A stretch of 64,000 nt of DNA from assembly GCF_001194135.2 (NCBI RefSeq), contig NC_068981.1:99981138-100045137 (forward strand), read 5' to 3'. Positions 39,641 to 52,770 of the stretch are shown here, in pieces. Each line of letters starts with the position of its first letter. Positions within the stretch are counted from its first letter, which is position 1. Position numbers and translations under genes: made by a program. The notes under the pieces were generated by a model. That model was not told where the DNA came from and ran no database searches. It worked only from the letters and a program-made list of their open reading frames with translations. The DNA is from Octopus bimaculoides (lineage: Eukaryota).

Positions 39641-39684
39641 ACACAACATTTTGGCTGATATACCCTCCAGCCTTCATCAGGTGT
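39641..39684 (-). ncRNA. Minimal type I hammerhead ribozyme, mutated copy
   Basis: ACAC-CTGATGA-A-GGCTG(GAGGGTATAT)CAGCC-AAA-ATGT-T-GTGT. Stems I and II are perfect; GAA is AAA and ACGT is ATGT, both CpG-type transitions. Confidence 0.75.
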
Positions 39685-39747
39685 CTTGGGGAAATTTCAA
39701 ACCTGGGTTCACATTCCTAAGGTATTTTTCGATATTATTATTATTCT

Positions 39748-39820
39748 GGTCACTGCCTGGAATCGAACTCAGAATCTTGGGGTTAGTAGCCTGTGCTCTT
39801 AACCACTACGTCATATGCCC
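39748..39820 (-). promoter_or_regulatory. tRNA-like 73-nt segment with Pol III A and B boxes inside the PLE terminal repeat
   Basis: GGGCATATGACGTAGTGGTTAAGAGC (A box) ... GAGTTCGATTCC (B box); 7-nt anticodon-like loop CTACTAA; acceptor stem does not pair well. Confidence 0.7.
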
Positions 39821-39849
39821 GTAGGCAATTATGGAGTGAATTTTAGGGC

Positions 39850-40437
39850 TTATAAATCTAATATTTTCTTATTCTTCCTTAATACTGGTTCCCATATGCT
39901 ATTCATATCTGCACTCAGTTTACTTAGGAGGTTTTTGTGTCCTAGCATATGTGTTGCTTCTTTTAGTTTCCGTATCTTCCAGTGGTGTTCTCTGTCTATT
40001 ATTTTAACTTCATTCCACAGGGGGAGGTAGTCTCCATTTTTCCATACATGATCAGCTATACCCGATTTATCAATATCTCCTCATGTCACAGCTTTGTGAT
40101 GTTCGTCTACCCTTATTTTGAGGGGGTGGCATGTTTCGCCTTTGTATAACCTACCACAGCAGCATGAGATGGAGTACACGCAGTCTTTGGTCATATTCTC
40201 TTCTATTGATGGTTTTACTCGAAGGAGAAATTTGTAAAGTGTTGTATTACTCTTGAATACTGTCCTGATGTCATATGGACCGCATATCTTTTGTATCTTT
40301 TCGGAGAGGCCTTTCACATTGGGTAGACAGACTGTGGACAGTTTATTGGTTTCATCTTCTCTTTTCTTCATAAATGGAGTGGATAGTATGTTTTTGGGGT
40401 AGTTGTCACTTAATAGATTGTTACTTAGCTCAATCAT
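39850..40437 (-). pseudogene. PLE ORF C-terminus with GIY-YIG endonuclease domain, one in-frame TGA
   Basis: LPNVKGLSEKIQKI...CVYSISCCCGRLYKGETCHPLKIRVDEHHKAVT*GDIDKSGIADHVWKNGDYLPLWNEVKIIDREHHWKIRKLKEATHM...IWEPVLRKNKKILDL*. The frame continues unbroken past TGA 40081-40083 to TAA 39850-39852. Confidence 0.85.
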
Positions 40438-41589
40438 TTCTTCAAATGTAAATAATGTACATAATTCCTCATCTCTTAAATATAGAACTGTATGGATCTT
40501 TATTATATTAGAAGAAATTTAGTACAGGCCAGATAAAACTGCACCTCTACAGCTGATATAATGTAAGAGTAGAATGCATGAAGAAATTCTATATTATAGA
40601 TACATATGTATGATGGTGAGTAGTATGTAATTACCTATCTCTAATCAGCAGATGTTTGATACAAATATAACTAGATTTGTAAAGATAGCACTTTTAATTT
40701 CCCACAAGTATCAAGCTAACTGACTATCATCTAATAATTATTGACCAAAGAAAAAATTTATATTACCGTTTCTAATTACATTATGGCAAAATCATAAAAT
40801 GAAAATAATATCACGCAGTAAGTAAAAAGGATACTTTGTTATATATTTATTGCCTTTCAGGATCATAAAAGGGGTGTTTTGTTTGTAAAACAATCAATAA
40901 CAAGCATAGCTTTGCATATAATCACTCAATGAATCACATGCAACAAACACGGAAGAACATTTTTAAATGGATTCTTCTATGTTTTTTGTTTGATAAGCAC
41001 TAGCATAGAATATCACTCTATGCTAGTATTTATGAGATACAGAGAGGAAGAAGTGATTTGTGCTAGTAAACAACTTGATTAAAATGAATTAACTAACACA
41101 ATAGTTTATAGAATAATAAAGAAAACATAATGAAAATAAAAAGGAAATCAATTAACAAAAAATGAACAGTGATGAAAAGGAGAAAAAAATATGCATCATA
41201 AACAAATATAGAGAGAAAAAACCCCAGAAAAATACAGTAAGCAGTTGACTGTTATTGGCTGTGTTGAATTATGCAATAGAGGGGAATGAAATTCTTATAA
41301 AAATTCAGCAGGAGTAGCCATAGAGTGGTTACATTCCAATCATTATCACTATTTAGTACCAAATACTGTAGAATGAAAATCACTTTAAAATTAATTTCCA
41401 AGATTTAAGATAAAATTATTCCATACAAGAATTGGAAACAATAAAAGAAGAAAAAACAAAAGAATTATTTCACTCAAATGAGAAGCAACAGGATGATAGC
41501 CAACTAGGGGACAAGTAACTAGGCAACTGTACCAACTAACAGTCTAAATGAATAGGCTGCAGCTTATTAATGTTGTTTTTTAGGTCCTA

Positions 41590-41855
41590 GACAGCCCATA
41601 GTGAAGTGATTGCCTCTTTTTCCAGTGGACCCACTATGATTCCTATTTTGCTCAGACAGATCCTCATAATTATTCAATGTTTAAAAGATTCTATTATATT
41701 TTAATAACTGAATATCATTAGGAATTGTATAAAAAAAATTGTCAAAAATATTTTGCATATTGTAGAAATATAAGCAGTTTATTGGACATAAATTTTAACA
41801 ACAAAATCTTATGTGGACCCCTAAGTGCCATATGGACTCCGGTTGAGAACCACTG
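41590..41855. mobile_element. Second, inverted, more degenerate copy of the hAT MITE at 15540
   Basis: aaaatcttatgtggacccc is the reverse complement of ggggtccacataagatttt; ends gagaaccactg. Confidence 0.7.
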
Positions 41856-43057
41856 ACTTAGTATGTATTTAAAGCATTTTCCTAACAAAGTATATCATGG
41901 ATCGAAAAGAATGGGATGGTTATGACTGAAATATCTGGGGCTAATAGTTATACTTCTCAGTGGCCCAGTCACACCAAGCTAGCTGGTACCTTGTTATATT
42001 GGTTGCTACTGAACATTTGTGTTTTATTTAGTCAATGTCATGGCTGAGTGATATCAAGTTAAAGATAATTTCTCACTAAGCTGACCATGCAATGCAGTTT
42101 CAATGTTTATTCCCAGCTATTTACATCATTTATGACCATGTATAGTTATTATTTCCCTATATGTAGCTTAATGGCCATGTCAAATTATACAACAAGGAAA
42201 AAAGAGATTCTTAGAAAAATTCAGTAGGAGTGACTATAAAATGCTATTCTAGTCATTATCCTTTTTTGATGCCAAATATATTTTGATGGAAATCATTTTA
42301 AAATTACTTTCGAAGTTTAAATACAAAAATATTCCAATCAAATGAAATTAGAAAACCATAAAAGGAAAAAAATTGAAATTTGCATATCCTTTGGAAAGGC
42401 TTTGTCATTGTCATGAACAGAAATTAATTATATATGACAGTATATCATTATCATTTTTGTAATTGATTTATTTTTCCATAATGGTGTGAGCTAGATGGGT
42501 TTTTCCAGGACAGCATATTGTTAAATGTTGCAGTCGCTCAACATCATCTCCTTCATGAGATTCAGCATCCTTTCAACACTTTAGCCTCTATCTCCCTCAG
42601 TCTTTCTTGTCCATATGTTTCTTCCACTTGGAAAACTTATTATCCAACAGTCATCCTCAAACATCACATTCAAGTCAGCACAGTCTTTTACTTTGTACAC
42701 AAAATCTGATCCTTCATATACCCAGTTTTTCTTTTTACTTGTTTATTTTTCTATCATTCATGCACACTCTATACATCTAGCAGAGAATGCTGGCCTTCTT
42801 TCTTTCTAGTTTTTGCACATACTCTGATTTCAGTGCCCTTATTTTGCAACCATGCAGCATAACACATTACACACAAATGTCATACAATTTATTATACATT
42901 TGGCACTGTTACCAACACAGGGAACAGCTATCTGACTAACTAGAGTGTGCTCCATTTCATTGGATATTTTCCACATCTCAGTGATACCCTGCCTTCATAT
43001 TCTTAATTATGCTTTAAAAAGTACGCAGTACATGATAACATTTTTTTTCTTTTATAG

Positions 43058-43129
43058 ACATACTAAACATTGTAAAATGTTTTCAGTTAAATATTATGCC
43101 CAGGCTGCTGATTACAGCAACCAGTCACA
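43058..43129 (+). CDS. Candidate exon (xILNIVKCFQLNIMPRLLITATSH)
   Basis: Acceptor ttttttttcttttatag, donor CA|GTATTT, phase 1 to 1. Confidence 0.3.
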
Positions 43130-43716
43130 GTATTTTGACTGGAATAGAATAAGAGAAACCTTGTCTTTCATTGTTAGTTTGTAGCACTTCCCTTTCCAGT
43201 GTTTGATGCTGAAGAACAAATAACTATCCCAAAATGCATGTATCCATCGACTTGGGTAGAAATGCTTTGAGTTGACTTGATATATTTACCTCTATTTGTC
43301 TACAACAGGAAATTTTCTCCATGACAAAATACTGCAAATAACTTTCTTATAGGTTTGAATATGTCTCATTTATATTTGAAATGGTAACAAGCTTATATCA
43401 GTGAAATATATCCAAATTAATGAGAGCACGTTAAAAGGAATTGACCTACCACAATTTTGAGTCAGATTTACCGGACTTGATGTGAGTGAGGGTACATGAA
43501 ATCGGCATAGATGAATTACAAATCACAGGCTCACATTAACCTAAAGCAATTTCCATTCATCAAAATGAAAATGGATCATGATTGTGAATATTAATAACTA
43601 TTTTCATATGTTAAACTAGCAGTCTTATCTTCTGGTTTGATAGGCCTACCAAATGATGAGTGAACTGAGGAAGCTATTCTCTTTTTTTAACTACTCATTT
43701 TATCTGTAATTTGATA

Positions 43717-43795
<79 letters not shown>

Positions 43796-45567
43796 CATAC
43801 ACACACACAGACACACATGCAATTCAATTGAAACAATAAACCTATAAATCTGTTTCAATTCTACTCAGGATGGATGAAGCTCACCAATATTGAACCCAGA
43901 GATAGTGAATGAGCCACTGTGCTCCAGAATTTGTTTACACTCCTTCAAACACATTTCAGTAAATCCTAGTGTTTCTATAATCATGTCTATCATTGAATTT
44001 TTCAATACAATTCATGCAAAAAAAGAAAAAGAAAGAACAACAAAAAATACAATAGTTTAAAGTGTTGTTTGGTTTAGTCTACATGGATGTAAGGAAAGTG
44101 TTGATAGCTGGGTTAATATGGTATCAGACAATCTAATAAAAATTAAGGCCAATAGTTAAAAAAATCCATACTTGTACTGTAAAATTTGTCTAAAATTATA
44201 TCAGTAAATCATTCATTAGTTGACATGTAATTAAACATTTTGTTATAGATTTCACTGTGAGCAATGTATACTGAAGTAGAAACCACATACCAAAATGATA
44301 AAATGCTGATTAATAGAGAGGAATTCTAGAAAGTTCCTCATATTTAGAACAAATTATTTCCTTCTGTTCTAGATTCCACAATATGATCAGTGCTATGATT
44401 TGATGAGTGTATGATTAATGTAGGAGTCTGAAACAGAGCAGCAAAGATCAGTAATTTTACTGTTTTTACTTTTCAACATTTTACATTTGTTTCTCCAAAT
44501 ACAATACAAAAAAAAAACATAAATTTCTGAAAATTCAATTTGTATAATTTGCTGGTGAAATTGCTTTATAGTTAGGCATTCTTTTGAATATCGGATACTA
44601 AAATATTAAGCTGGAATGATAATGAAGTAGGATGAAAATAAGAAATAATTTACAATGAATTAGAATGATTTAGAAGTCTTTCATTAAAATATTACATTAG
44701 AAGAATCAGTGTTATGAGAAAGATAATTCAGCAAGATATACTAAAAACTAATTTGACAAGAAACATTTATATAACAAGTAAATGACAATACATAACTGAA
44801 AAATCAATACCAAAAGTCTATAACTAGTTAAGAATCACTTTGACTCATCAAGTTGTAGTCCTTCCTGTCTACGCAACCTCCTACTTTTAACTATCTAACC
44901 ACATAACTTGCTATACATACATAAGAGCAGGGAAATTCACTGATTTCAAGTTTCATATTTGTAACATCTTCACAGAAAGTTGTTCAGTTAGCAAGTGCAA
45001 GTAAAACTATTGTGAATAAAGCTGGGAACTACTGTATTTATACACTGCAGTCAACTATAAGGCTATCGAGTTGTAATGACACATTACCAACGTGTTGTAT
45101 TTCTGCTATTCAGAGAGATGGCGAATGTTTTCCTTGTATAAAGTTGTTGATATCATAATAGGAATCTAACATTTATATCCTCTCATTGATTTTATTGCAG
45201 TTATCAATAGCTTAGTTTACACAATTCCATGCCTGTATTTGAGACTAAACAGTAACAAAAAATGAAAAAATAAGTTGAACATATATAGAAGAGAAGCTGT
45301 AACAAAGGTATAGAATGTGTAAATAATAGGTTATTTTATGCTGAAGTCAGGAGCAATAATGAAGGAGCATAGATAAAGGTCTTGAATAACACCTGTAATA
45401 ACAGAACTTTATAGAATAGTGACTTACCATATAAAATAATCTACCTACTTAGATGTTTCTATTATCGACTTAATTTTTTGAAAAAAGAGACTTGATAGGT
45501 AAACCTCTTTCACAGAAATTACAGCCTTGAACATTCTTGTCTTTTATTTCATCTGTTACCCCTGCAG

Positions 45568-45616
45568 AAACAGATTTCCACACTATTATTATTGCAGCTA
45601 GCATTGTAGAAAGCTG
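45568..45616 (+). CDS. Candidate exon (xTDFHTIIIAASIVES)
   Basis: Acceptor ttcatctgttacccctgcag, strong donor TG|GTAAGA; only one frame open; phase 1 to 2. Confidence 0.4.
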
Positions 45617-45670
45617 GTAAGATTACTGCAATTTAAGTTTGTGATTTAGTTTTGAGACACTACAGATGCT

Positions 45671-45976
45671 AATTTCACTTCACTTGTACTGCTAATGCTC
45701 ATGGGAAACACATAAACATCACAATACTCAATTTCCATTCCTTTGAAAATCTTGTCCTTCATGCCTATCACACCAGTGTATCTTAACTGTTAGATCATGG
45801 CAGTAAAAAAGTAAGTAATGTTAAGCCAATTTCACTTCATTTGTGCTACTAATCCTCTTGGGAAACACAAAGATCACAGTTCTCAATTTCTATTCCTTTG
45901 AAAATTTTGGACTTCATGCCTATCACACCAGTGTATCCTAATTACTAGATTATGGTAGTAACAATAAGTTTAGCCA
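45671..45976. repeat. Tandem duplication, period 157 bp, two diverged copies
   Basis: aatttcacttca..tgt.ct.ctaat.ctc.tgggaaacac...cttcatgcctatcacaccagtgtatc at 45671 and 45828. Confidence 0.9.
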
Positions 45977-48900
45977 GAAATAAGTATGCTACTTAAAAAT
46001 ATGTACAGTTCCACTACTCTTAGAAAATTTTATTTATTTGAAACTTACTGAGAATGTGTGCTTTGTTGAAGTGAACTATAAAAATGCTGAAGGTTAATTA
46101 TTAAAAGTTGTTTAGGTAGAGTTTGATAAAAGAAATTTTTGTATGAAGTAGATTCAAAGAGTATACACATAAATTAAAAATAAACTTATGACATCAATTA
46201 AGATGAATGCTAGATAATTGGTGGACATTAAACTAAGAGAATAATAGGATCTAGGATCTTTTATTATCAACAATATTGTTAGATTAGAAGTAAACAAATG
46301 GTTGCTATGGGACTTGTAAAGTCTTTTAAGTAGTTTATATCAAACAGCTAATTAATTTTAGCCTGTTTTATGTTTGGGAAGTCATCTTAGGCTAAAAACA
46401 TTACTTTTTTTACTGTCCCTTTAATGTACACTTTCAATATATTTGTGTGCAATTTGCCATTCTTTAGCTTTGAAAATTTTAAAACTATTTTCCTTATCTG
46501 TATACAAGTAAAATATTTTTCGGTTTGAACTGAGAATTTATTGGTAAATATAATAATGTAATATTCAAGGTTTTCAAGATTTTATCTTCAACTGCAGCTA
46601 TAAAGATTTCTGTTCCTGTCATTAACCTTTCAACAGTCTACAGATTCACTCTTGCAGAATGCACAATCTGGTATATCTACAGATCTATGGCATAAAGGGA
46701 GTCACTCAAATGAATAGGCCAGCCTGTAAACCTACTATTTCAGGTAAACCCTGCCTCCACCTAACTGAGATTCATCAGGTGCACTTTAAGAATGCAGAAG
46801 TTAATAATATAGGAGAAACAGTGTTGTAGTTGGGATATGTTTTACTCTCTGCTTTCCAGTCAATTTCTGTACACCTGTTCTTGATTAGCTCCAGATCAGA
46901 TCTGATACAGTGGCTGTTACAAACATGAACAATTCATTTCTTTGTATATCTAAGACTAGGTTGTCCAACATGTTTTTTTTCCTTTTCTTATTTAAACCAT
47001 TGAGTGACTGCATAGAGATATCTGTAAAGTCTGTTAGTGCTCAGACCAGATGTTGGCAAGATTCACTTTGTCAGCCTGTGACAATTACCATTCTGATGTA
47101 TACTGTTTATGGTTGAACATTTCAGTATTTTGGTAAATGGCTACATGGTTGTTTCATTTTTCATTTGATATAAGTTGTGCTTAAATTAATACCAAAAACA
47201 AAAAATTAAATTATGAATAGAAATCAACACGAGACAATAAACTGCTTCCTGGCAGAATGCCAAACTTGAAACATAGTAGCCATTAGCTGTGTCTATTGAC
47301 AACAATGAAGACAGCTGAATATTTCTAATGAGTAAAAATGATATTTAAATAAAATAATAATGATGCTAGCCTTTAGGATTTAATTAAATGTTTAACTTTT
47401 TGACTGAGTTATTGTTAATAAAATAATAATTTTTTTACACTAGTCACCTCATCATTAGAAATGAACCATTCATATAACTCATATTATCTCATTAAAACAT
47501 TGCATAGATGTAACTATTCAAAAATGCTTCATCTTTAAAGATGAGGTTAAAAGTTTAAACAATTATTATTATAGGGAGTTAATTACTAATTGAATTAACA
47601 TCAAAAGAAAACCAAAACTTACACACTAACTGAAGTGACTAATCTTAGTGTAGATTTTGGTATTAAACAAAAATAGCATTCCCAAAAGAGCAACATTAAA
47701 ACAGACATGAGTAACCATAATCCGTTGGCCACACCACTAAAATAATAATTAACAAACAGCATACATAGTATAGAGTACACCATATAGAAAACTAAGTAAA
47801 TCATAAAAAAAAGTGTTTGACAGGAAGTCAGTAAATGGCAAGGAAAGAAACAAACAAAATTTCGCAAATTAACAGAATTAAACCAACAGATTTTGTTACA
47901 AATTTTCAGTAAAATATGTAGTGTACACCTGGTAGACAGCTATCATAGGGGAGATAATCTCTAAATTAAGTTAAGCTGAGTCAGGGTTGGAAGTTTGAAA
48001 TTTAAACTAAAGATTAAAGAAGGTGTACAGAATATACACATTTCTTATTTCTTTTTGCAACACATTATAAACATCTTAAAATTTCTACTTGTAGCCATGT
48101 ACAACACTAGAACCATATGCTGGTCAAATACCAGAGGTTACTTATATCTGCTTATTGAAAGTGTTCATATTTTACAAAAGGTTGTATTTATATACAAAGC
48201 ACTCAAGCATAGTTGCCCACACATAAATGCATACACATCAAAAGTATTTTTTACTAGGTCACTTTACCTGCTAGAAATAGCAATAAAATGACCTTCAAAT
48301 CATTGTCTTAAAGGAAAAGACACAATGGATAATGTAGACTTATGTATACACTTCTAATAAAATGGAATGTCCTTTACTGAAATAGATCAATCATATTTAA
48401 TCTGGTGCTAAACAACAAAAACATATTCACAAATAAGTGGAAACTTAGACAAAGCACACATCTACATATACAACTTAAGGGCTGGCTAATGATTCTAAGC
48501 AGAAAGATATAAATGTATCCTTATGAAATCAGCAATAATTTCTTACAATTAATATAAAATCATGAATTTTATAAAGAACAACACTACATGACAGATATTT
48601 CAGTCTTTTCTGCTGCCTTTTCTTGGTTAAATTTCTTGGGCAAGGAGGTACTCACTTTTGTAATATCTCTTCTACACTTTTTCATTTACCTGCAATTGAC
48701 TTATTTTTAGGAGCTCTTTTTAGTTCACAACAGTAGCAAAAGATGAATTGTGTGTTTGTAGAGACTTTTGTTATTGTCATAAAATTTTTGTTCTGGCAAA
48801 TTTTTTTTCTCTTTTGCATTATGTTTATCATTAATAGCTTTCCGTTTTATTTTGAATATATAAAAAAACAAATACTTAAAATAGATACAAAAACAAAACA

Positions 48901-49599
48901 ATAAAATGAAAACATCAATGGCTTATACAACAAAATTAATAAATTTTTATAAATAAGCAAATCAAATATTGGTGGTGAGAAAAGAAATAGGAAGAAATAT
49001 AAACATATTTCTACCATCATTTCAAATACTCATTCATTAATACACACACACTGCTATCCAAATTCTATGTAAAACCCAAATGTCCAAAAATAATGTTAAT
49101 ACTTTGTTATAATTTCACTGCCAAACAACATATTAGCCATCACAAACTATAATATATATACAGACCTCCTCTGCATCATGGTAATATTGCAGTTCAGAAA
49201 ATCTTGCTGCCACATGAATTTTCATGTTATATGGAGATCAAGTGGGAAATATGTTTCACAGTATGAAACGTTACAGCAAGATTTTTAGGAACACAATACT
49301 TCTATAAAGCAGGTATTCCAGTACTCTTCACAATGGTACAAGTAGAAAGTTTCAGATTAAACTTTCTTCTCAAACCCCACACTATTTCACTAATAAATTA
49401 TTTCTTGCTTTCAACATTATTGTATTAAATTCTATAAAATGCTTGAACTTCAAGATCTGTAACTTTAATCCTGTAGCGTCTAAACTGACCAAAATATTCG
49501 ACCAAAATATTCAGGCCAAAATATTCTACCAGTTTTATGTTCAAACCAGCCAGATCTGGCCTCTTGCATCCATCCTACAATATCATTCAGAAAATAAAC

Positions 49600-51000
49600 A
49601 ATCACATTATCAAAATCTCAAAACTACAATATAATGTATGATTAGTTCAAAACAATTTGAATAAATAAGCATTACATTTGACAGAGTAATCTGAATGCTA
49701 AAGAGTTAAGACATTGTGTTGGTGTTCTTGAAATCTACACTGTTAACTATTCTTATGGCTCTTTACATAGTATACCTAATGGCATTAATAGGTGTTGCCC
49801 TGTACTTCCATGTATTAATTAAGATACAGAAATACAAATAATACAGGGTCTGTAACACTTTAAGATTCAGAGTGTGTCCAGTTTTTCCTAAAACAGGTCA
49901 TCTTTCTTCACATTTTTTAAATGTTTCCAGCAGATTTTATGGTCTAATATCAAAGTTGATTTTAATTTTCACATACTTTCTCTATATTGACAGTGTCTAT
50001 CATAGTTTGTAATTGAGTGTTTATTTTATAATTTCCAAACAACATATTTGATTTGTTCAAGTTTAACAATAGGTAAACCACCATTTAAACGTTTTCATTT
50101 CTTTAGTAACTATCTCTAAAAGCTGTAAATTTTACCATGGAAATATTTATGTCATCTGAAAATATACAAATTTCTGTATTTTTGATACACTGCATATATT
50201 ATTTATATACAAAATGAATAATTTTAGACCTCATACTAACACCTGAAGTATTCCACAAATAATAACTATGTATGTTGCCTGCTTCATAAACAACTTCTCA
50301 ACCAATGAAACCCAATCCCTCTAAAACTATATCTTTTTATTGAATAATATATTGTGAGATCAAAAGGTTTACTCCTACTGTATACATATTTTTTTCTGTA
50401 CAATTAGTAACTTCAATTAATTCAATTCATGCAAAAGAGGTTGATCTGTTTGCTCTGAATACATACAAACTGTCTGTCAGCAATTGTGATGTCAATGACT
50501 TTCTCTATTTTCTCAGTAAAAGTTTTCCCAATATCATGCAACAAACCAACAAGTAATTTGTAAAATGGTATTCATTTACAATTTTATATAATGGCAAAAC
50601 TTCCACCATTTTATTTTGCACAGAAATATACCAGTTTGAAAGGACAACTGATGAGGTTTTGAAATTCCTTCAATAACTTACTTGAGTATTGTTATATCAA
50701 TTTCATTCCAGTCAGTAGAATGTTTTTGCTCTTATATTTGCTGCCAATGTCTATTATTTCCGTTTCTTCTACTGCCTTAATAAAATTGAACTTAAATTTC
50801 TATCCCCATTATCGTTATCACTTTTCTCTTTAATTGTGTCTGGAACATTGATTTCTTTTCTGGCAATCTTGATCCCACATTTATAAAGAAGTGATCAAAA
50901 ACAACCACCATATTATTTATGGTTTTATCACTATCAATAAAATAAAAGTTAACTTGAATTTTGAGACCCATTTCTAGCAACGCTGCATAACACACTCCAT
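49600..51000 (-). pseudogene. Highly degenerate L2/Crack-type LINE RT remnant
   Basis: Minus strand FDHFFINVGSRL, YVFRANRSTSFA*IELIE, FRGIGFHWLRS, and FSDDINI (FADD) at about 50140-50162. Confidence 0.65.
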
Positions 51001-51599
51001 ACTGCTTTAATGTTATTTTTAGTTATCTCCATTTTATTATAATAGTCCTTCTTACATATCCTTATGATATGAGTCAGCATTTATGTTTTAAATATTTCTC
51101 AGCATTTATGTTTTAAATATTTCTCAGCATCTATAGTTCTACATTTTATGTATACTTTATATGGTGCATTTTTCTTTTTAATGGCATTATGAGATCTCAT
51201 TGTGATCTATAGATTGCCTGTATAAGTTTTTCTACTGTATTGTTTAATTTTTGTAATATAGAGGTTCAACTGCGAAATAGAATGTTTTATATGCTTTGTC
51301 TATAACTTCTACATATACAATTTCCCAATTTTGCTATGAAAGCATCCATAGATTCCTTTGTTCTTATTCTTTTGCATTCAAAATTATTGGCATCTTTAAC
51401 CTTCCTATATTTACAGTCATATACTACAAAACAGGCAAATAGTCACTAATGATATCCAATAGTAGCCTGCCTACTGAAAATGTCTTTCATAATGGTTGTG
51501 AATATATTATCTATTAGAATACACAATGCACTGCAATTCTCCTAGGTCTAGTGGTTTTTGGATATAAACCCGTGCTATATCATTGCATTGCTAAATGCG

Positions 51600-52700
51600 T
51601 CGATCATTTTCTACTTCTGATTTCACAGGTCAATATTAGAATCCACACAAATAAACATGAAATTAATAACTGTTTTTGTTTAATTCTTTTATTCATTTGG
51701 TAGTTTCAGTTGTAGGACTGCAACCATGCTGGAGCAACACCTTACTTTATTTTCTTTCAGTTTTGTTGTCGCTTTATGGCTGGAAGTTGATCTATGATTG
51801 AATTCATAGCAACTGATTTTCTCTGAGTGTATCCTTGAATGTTTGGTTGGTCAGTGTCATTGTTAGGAATTTATGCAATGCTTTTTTGAATGTTTCAGGA
51901 GAGGTCCCTTTTATATTTCTGATTTCTTTAGGTAGGCAGTTGAACAACTGAGGACCTCTGAATATCAGACTGGTACAATAGAGTGTTTTTGTTTGTGATT
52001 CCGAAGGTGCTATAGTTAGAAGATGACAGTATCACCCACTTTGTGCATTAAAATTCTCTTTAATACACAAGCTTGGAACATGCTCTTCCAGGATTTCCCA
52101 TACATATATGATAGTATGTCTCCCCCTTCAGCATTCAAGAAAGTAGAGATGCAGAGCTTTCAAATGTTCCTAGTAATTAAGGCATTTAACTGAAGTCATT
52201 TTACAGGTGAATGTTCTTTGTAATCCTTCAATCTCTACTATGAAACAGGATGGGAGCAGTAATCTAATCTGCTCAGGACTAAAGTTTTCCATAGAATCAG
52301 TTCTCTTATCACAAAGGTTCATAGGATCCATCCCATGAGATGTCTGCATTTAGAGATCAGTTTGGTGATGTGGTTGATGAAAGATGCACCATCTGACATG
52401 ATTACTCCTAAGCCTCATATGTCATTAGCACAATGAATCATTGTGTTATCTGATGTCAAATAATGTGACGTGTGTATTCCCTCCATATTACAGAACCTTT
52501 AATTTTGATGTATTAAATTTCATATTTTCATCTGTCCACTGATAAATGAGGGTTAACTCATTTTGAAGTGTGATGGCATCTTCTTAAGTTTGGAGAGCCA
52601 CAAATATTTTTGTGTCATCAGTGTAGCTTGTCAGGTTTGCCACGTACACATTGATGCACTTTTGCATGCTTTTAATTAGATTATTTTTGATTGAAATTAT
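51600..52700 (-). pseudogene. Degenerate LINE RT/3' remnant (CR1-like)
   Basis: Minus strand TSYTDDTKIF (YADD motif) at about 52605-52635; boundaries approximate. Confidence 0.5.
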
Positions 52701-52770
52701 TTAAGTTGTTTTTCTTTTCCCCTTTTTTTTTTGCAGTTGTATCTAAGAATGTTTGATAAATAGTTTGGTG

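Larger units (their letters stand above)
39581..40507 (-). mobile_element. 5'-truncated Penelope-like element insertion with inverted terminal piece and 13-bp TSD
   Basis: GATCTTTATTATA at 39581-39593 and 40495-40507; 18-bp inverted repeat TACATTATTTACATTTGA (39592-39609) / TCAAATGTAAATAATGTA (40442-40459); GIY-YIG ORF inside. Confidence 0.85.

Noticed and set aside
39748-39820. Functional tRNA gene
   Set aside because: Acceptor and anticodon stems pair poorly and it lies within a TSD-flanked retroelement; treated as tRNA-derived.
44363-44398. Possible 36-nt exon IPQYDQCYDLMS
   Set aside because: Good splice sites but phase-incompatible with the neighbouring candidates; cannot be placed.
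44976-45158. 60-codon open frame as a full exon
   Set aside because: The available GT donors would create a TAA when joined to the next candidate exon; only the motif similarity is noted.
51074-51130. Perfect 25-bp tandem duplication
   Set aside because: Ordinary slippage event with no further structure.
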